A stretch of DNA of 64,000 bases from Squalus acanthias (taxonomy: Eukaryota), in contig CM059439.1 in assembly GCA_030390025.1 (NCBI GenBank), forward strand, positions 55,428,001 through 55,492,000, given 5' to 3'. Below are positions 61,508 to 64,000 of the stretch, piece after piece. Each line of letters opens with the position of its first letter. The stretch's first letter is position 1. A program made the translations under genes and the position numbers. Below the pieces are notes generated by a model, which saw only the letters and a program-made list of their open reading frames with translations, made no database searches and had not been told where the DNA came from.

Positions 61508-64000
61508 AGGTACTAATTCACATTTGTTCTGAATCTTTAGCTATCCCAAATTAAAACATACAATGAGAGACAGTGAACTGTCTCATATCAAACAATATCA
61601 ATATTGTAGTACACACATGCATGGTCTGCCTGAATGGAATGAGTCCAGTTCTGTGGCAACGAACCCACTGAATCCTAATTTGGCTGGTCAGTTATTTTTG
61701 AGTCACATTCTATACTACATTACTTTGGAGAGTGGGCATGTGGGACAGTAGCAACCTTTTTTTTTACTGTATATTAAATAAATTAATAGCATAGAGGCAT
61801 TTGGATACATCCAAGGTTAATGATGAAGAACTGTTAATATCATCCATCCAAATAGGCCTGAAGCATCGGTCAGGATTAAGCATAGAGTGCCAGGTTGAGA
61901 AACTTGAAATACCTGTTGCAAGAAGGCTGGAGATTGGAGCCAGGGAATCTGAAGTAGGCATAGAGGTAAAACTGCAAAATGCATTAAAATGGTTTGGACC
62001 CACAGCAAGCCATTATTCAAGGATGGTCCAGGAAACAGTGAAGGGACGAGACTTGCTCAAGTACATAGTAAGTAAGGATTGAGTAAAAGCCATCAATCCT
62101 GCTCCTTCCATAGACCATGTGCAATCTACTCTAACCTAGGGGATGGTTAGAATCAATAGTCCCTGATCAACAAAGGTAATGTGTGTCTTTCAAAACAGAA
62201 TATATTTGATTCTTTTTTTCCAGTGATATATTTAGCCCAGATCTAAGAGCCCAGTGTTCTCGATTATAATCTCATTAATTGGAATGTACCAGAGAATCGC
62301 CAAGAATAGAGTCCTTTGATGCATCAGCTGCACAAATGTATTTCAACAAAGCCTGTAGCTCGTCTATCATCAGTGGAAACTGCTGAAAAATTTCAGCCAG
62401 CCTCCTGAGAATTAGGGTCAAAGATTTCAATTCTTTATAAACTTCTGGTTATCAGAAGCTCCAATGAATTATACACAGTGTATTAAAAAGTCCTTTTTAA
62501 TCCCTTTTAAAGCGTGGTTGATTTTACAAAGTTGGTCTGAATATTTGCATTTCTATTAACTAATTAACGACCATGTCGCTATTAAAAATTCAAGGTTTAG
62601 TTACAAAACCACCACACGGTAAATGTACTCTTCCCAATTTGTAGTGCAATAAAAATTTATATTTAATATTAATATTGTACAATATGAAGAGGGTGTTACC
62701 TGAATCCCAAAGACATGCATATTCCTAGTCTAACCTATTTTGCAATCTGCCAAAAACAATCAGGAATTTGTCCCTTGCCACGGTGCCAAATCTCAACCTA
62801 CTGCTGACTGCTGATTGAGCAAACAACTACAAGCTAGAAGTCTGTATATGGTTGGCAGGATGCCCTCAATCTGTTATCCTCAACATAAACAGATCCTGAA
62901 ACTCTCACTCAACAAGGCTGAAGTAGGCACAAAGCAGTGTGACTCAATACTAACGTATGCAAGCACAACATTAATTTCAGCTCTTAGAAGATGGTACAAT
63001 GTCTTTCGTCCGCTCCTTCTCTTCGCAAAGATATAAAAATACACTGCATGGTGATTCTCTCTATCCTACTGCAGCTAACTTCAACTGTTTTAAATTATGA
63101 ACCATTTTTGCAGTAGGGCCTTTTTGAATTAATCAACACAAGTACAAGGCCAAGGCTCATGGTAGAGAACACCACTAAGTTTGAAAAGAGTGGGCTACAA
63201 CATTAGATAAATAGTGGTGGTTAGGTTACATTAAACTTGAGTTTTAAAAACCTGCAGATTTAGGAAGAAGGAAAGCCTGAGGGAGATAAAGAGCTCCATA
63301 GTTTTTCAGAAGCTGGGAAAGAACAAGTTAAGAGTATGAGACAGTCCAACGAGTCTTAATTTCAATACAAATGATAAATAAGTTTCAAATATAAAGTCCT
63401 GAAGCTACTGTTTCAGCTAATCATGACTGCAAGAAACACAGGGGTTGAAATGTTCTCTTTTCCTTGATGCTGCCAGTATTCTTGGTGGAAAGTTGGCTGT
63501 ATTACTCTGCCTTGGCACAAAGTAGTGATTTTCTTCCCCTCTAGTTTGGGCACAAAGAACGTCAGTGGTATTCTGTGAAGATCATTCATCACACAGATGT
63601 AAAGCTTTAAGGGAAATGGATACAGTATGGCTTGCAGGTCTAATGTTTCAGGCTTATTTGTGACAAAGAAAAGTTTACATAATGGCTGATTCTGTGGCTC
63701 TCAAAATACTGCTTCCCCACAAAGGAACAAAACTTGAGTCCCAGCTGGTATTTCAGCAAAATGGATTACTTGGCTGAAGCAGCGAGTTTGGATACTGACC
63801 GAGTATAGAGCCATCGAGAGTACAAGCTGAGGAATTACCTGTACAGAATATCAGGCACTATCAGGGCTGGAGAGCAGTGAGCCAGCAAACAGTGTTCTCC
63901 TGTAAGTAAAGAGTTCAATTGAAATGAAGCCCAAGACTTACCCTTAATCATTCCACGAAATAGTACTAACATTTTTAAAATTGTGTTGCAATGATGGGAT

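Noticed and set aside
61801-62082. 93-aa plus-strand ORF
   Set aside because: No recognisable motif or exon context; antisense within a ROR1 intron

Overview
Vertebrate genomic DNA, very probably from a cartilaginous fish (shark-type repeats: LF-SINE, Deu-domain SINE, CR1, Penelope-like, Harbinger). The main gene is ROR1 (Wnt5a receptor, tyrosine pseudokinase) on the minus strand. Its last five coding exons are here (44160-44287, 43037-43354, 41658-41903, 39388-39590, 24197-25621; CRD, kringle, TM, kinase plus S/T- and Pro-rich tail), all with GT-AG sites and matching phases. The earlier exons probably lie beyond the right edge. Downstream on the same strand is the 66-nt first coding exon of UBE2U (700-765, missed by the ORF track), with a CpG-rich ETS/RFX promoter near 2.0-2.45 kb. 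Most of the rest is transposable elements: a two-gene Harbinger carrying nested LINEs, four long CR1 copies (one full length), two long copies of a second LINE family, an almost intact Tigger/pogo, two Penelope-like families with minimal hammerhead ribozymes, and about 15 LF-SINE copies. The most striking structure is a perfect 218-bp inverted repeat in ROR1 intron 7, made of Penelope pseudo-LTRs with a hammerhead in each arm. No prokaryotic-type system (CRISPR etc.) is present. Exon numbering and comparisons with human proteins and repeat consensuses are from memory, not database searches. SINE and old-LINE boundaries are approximate.
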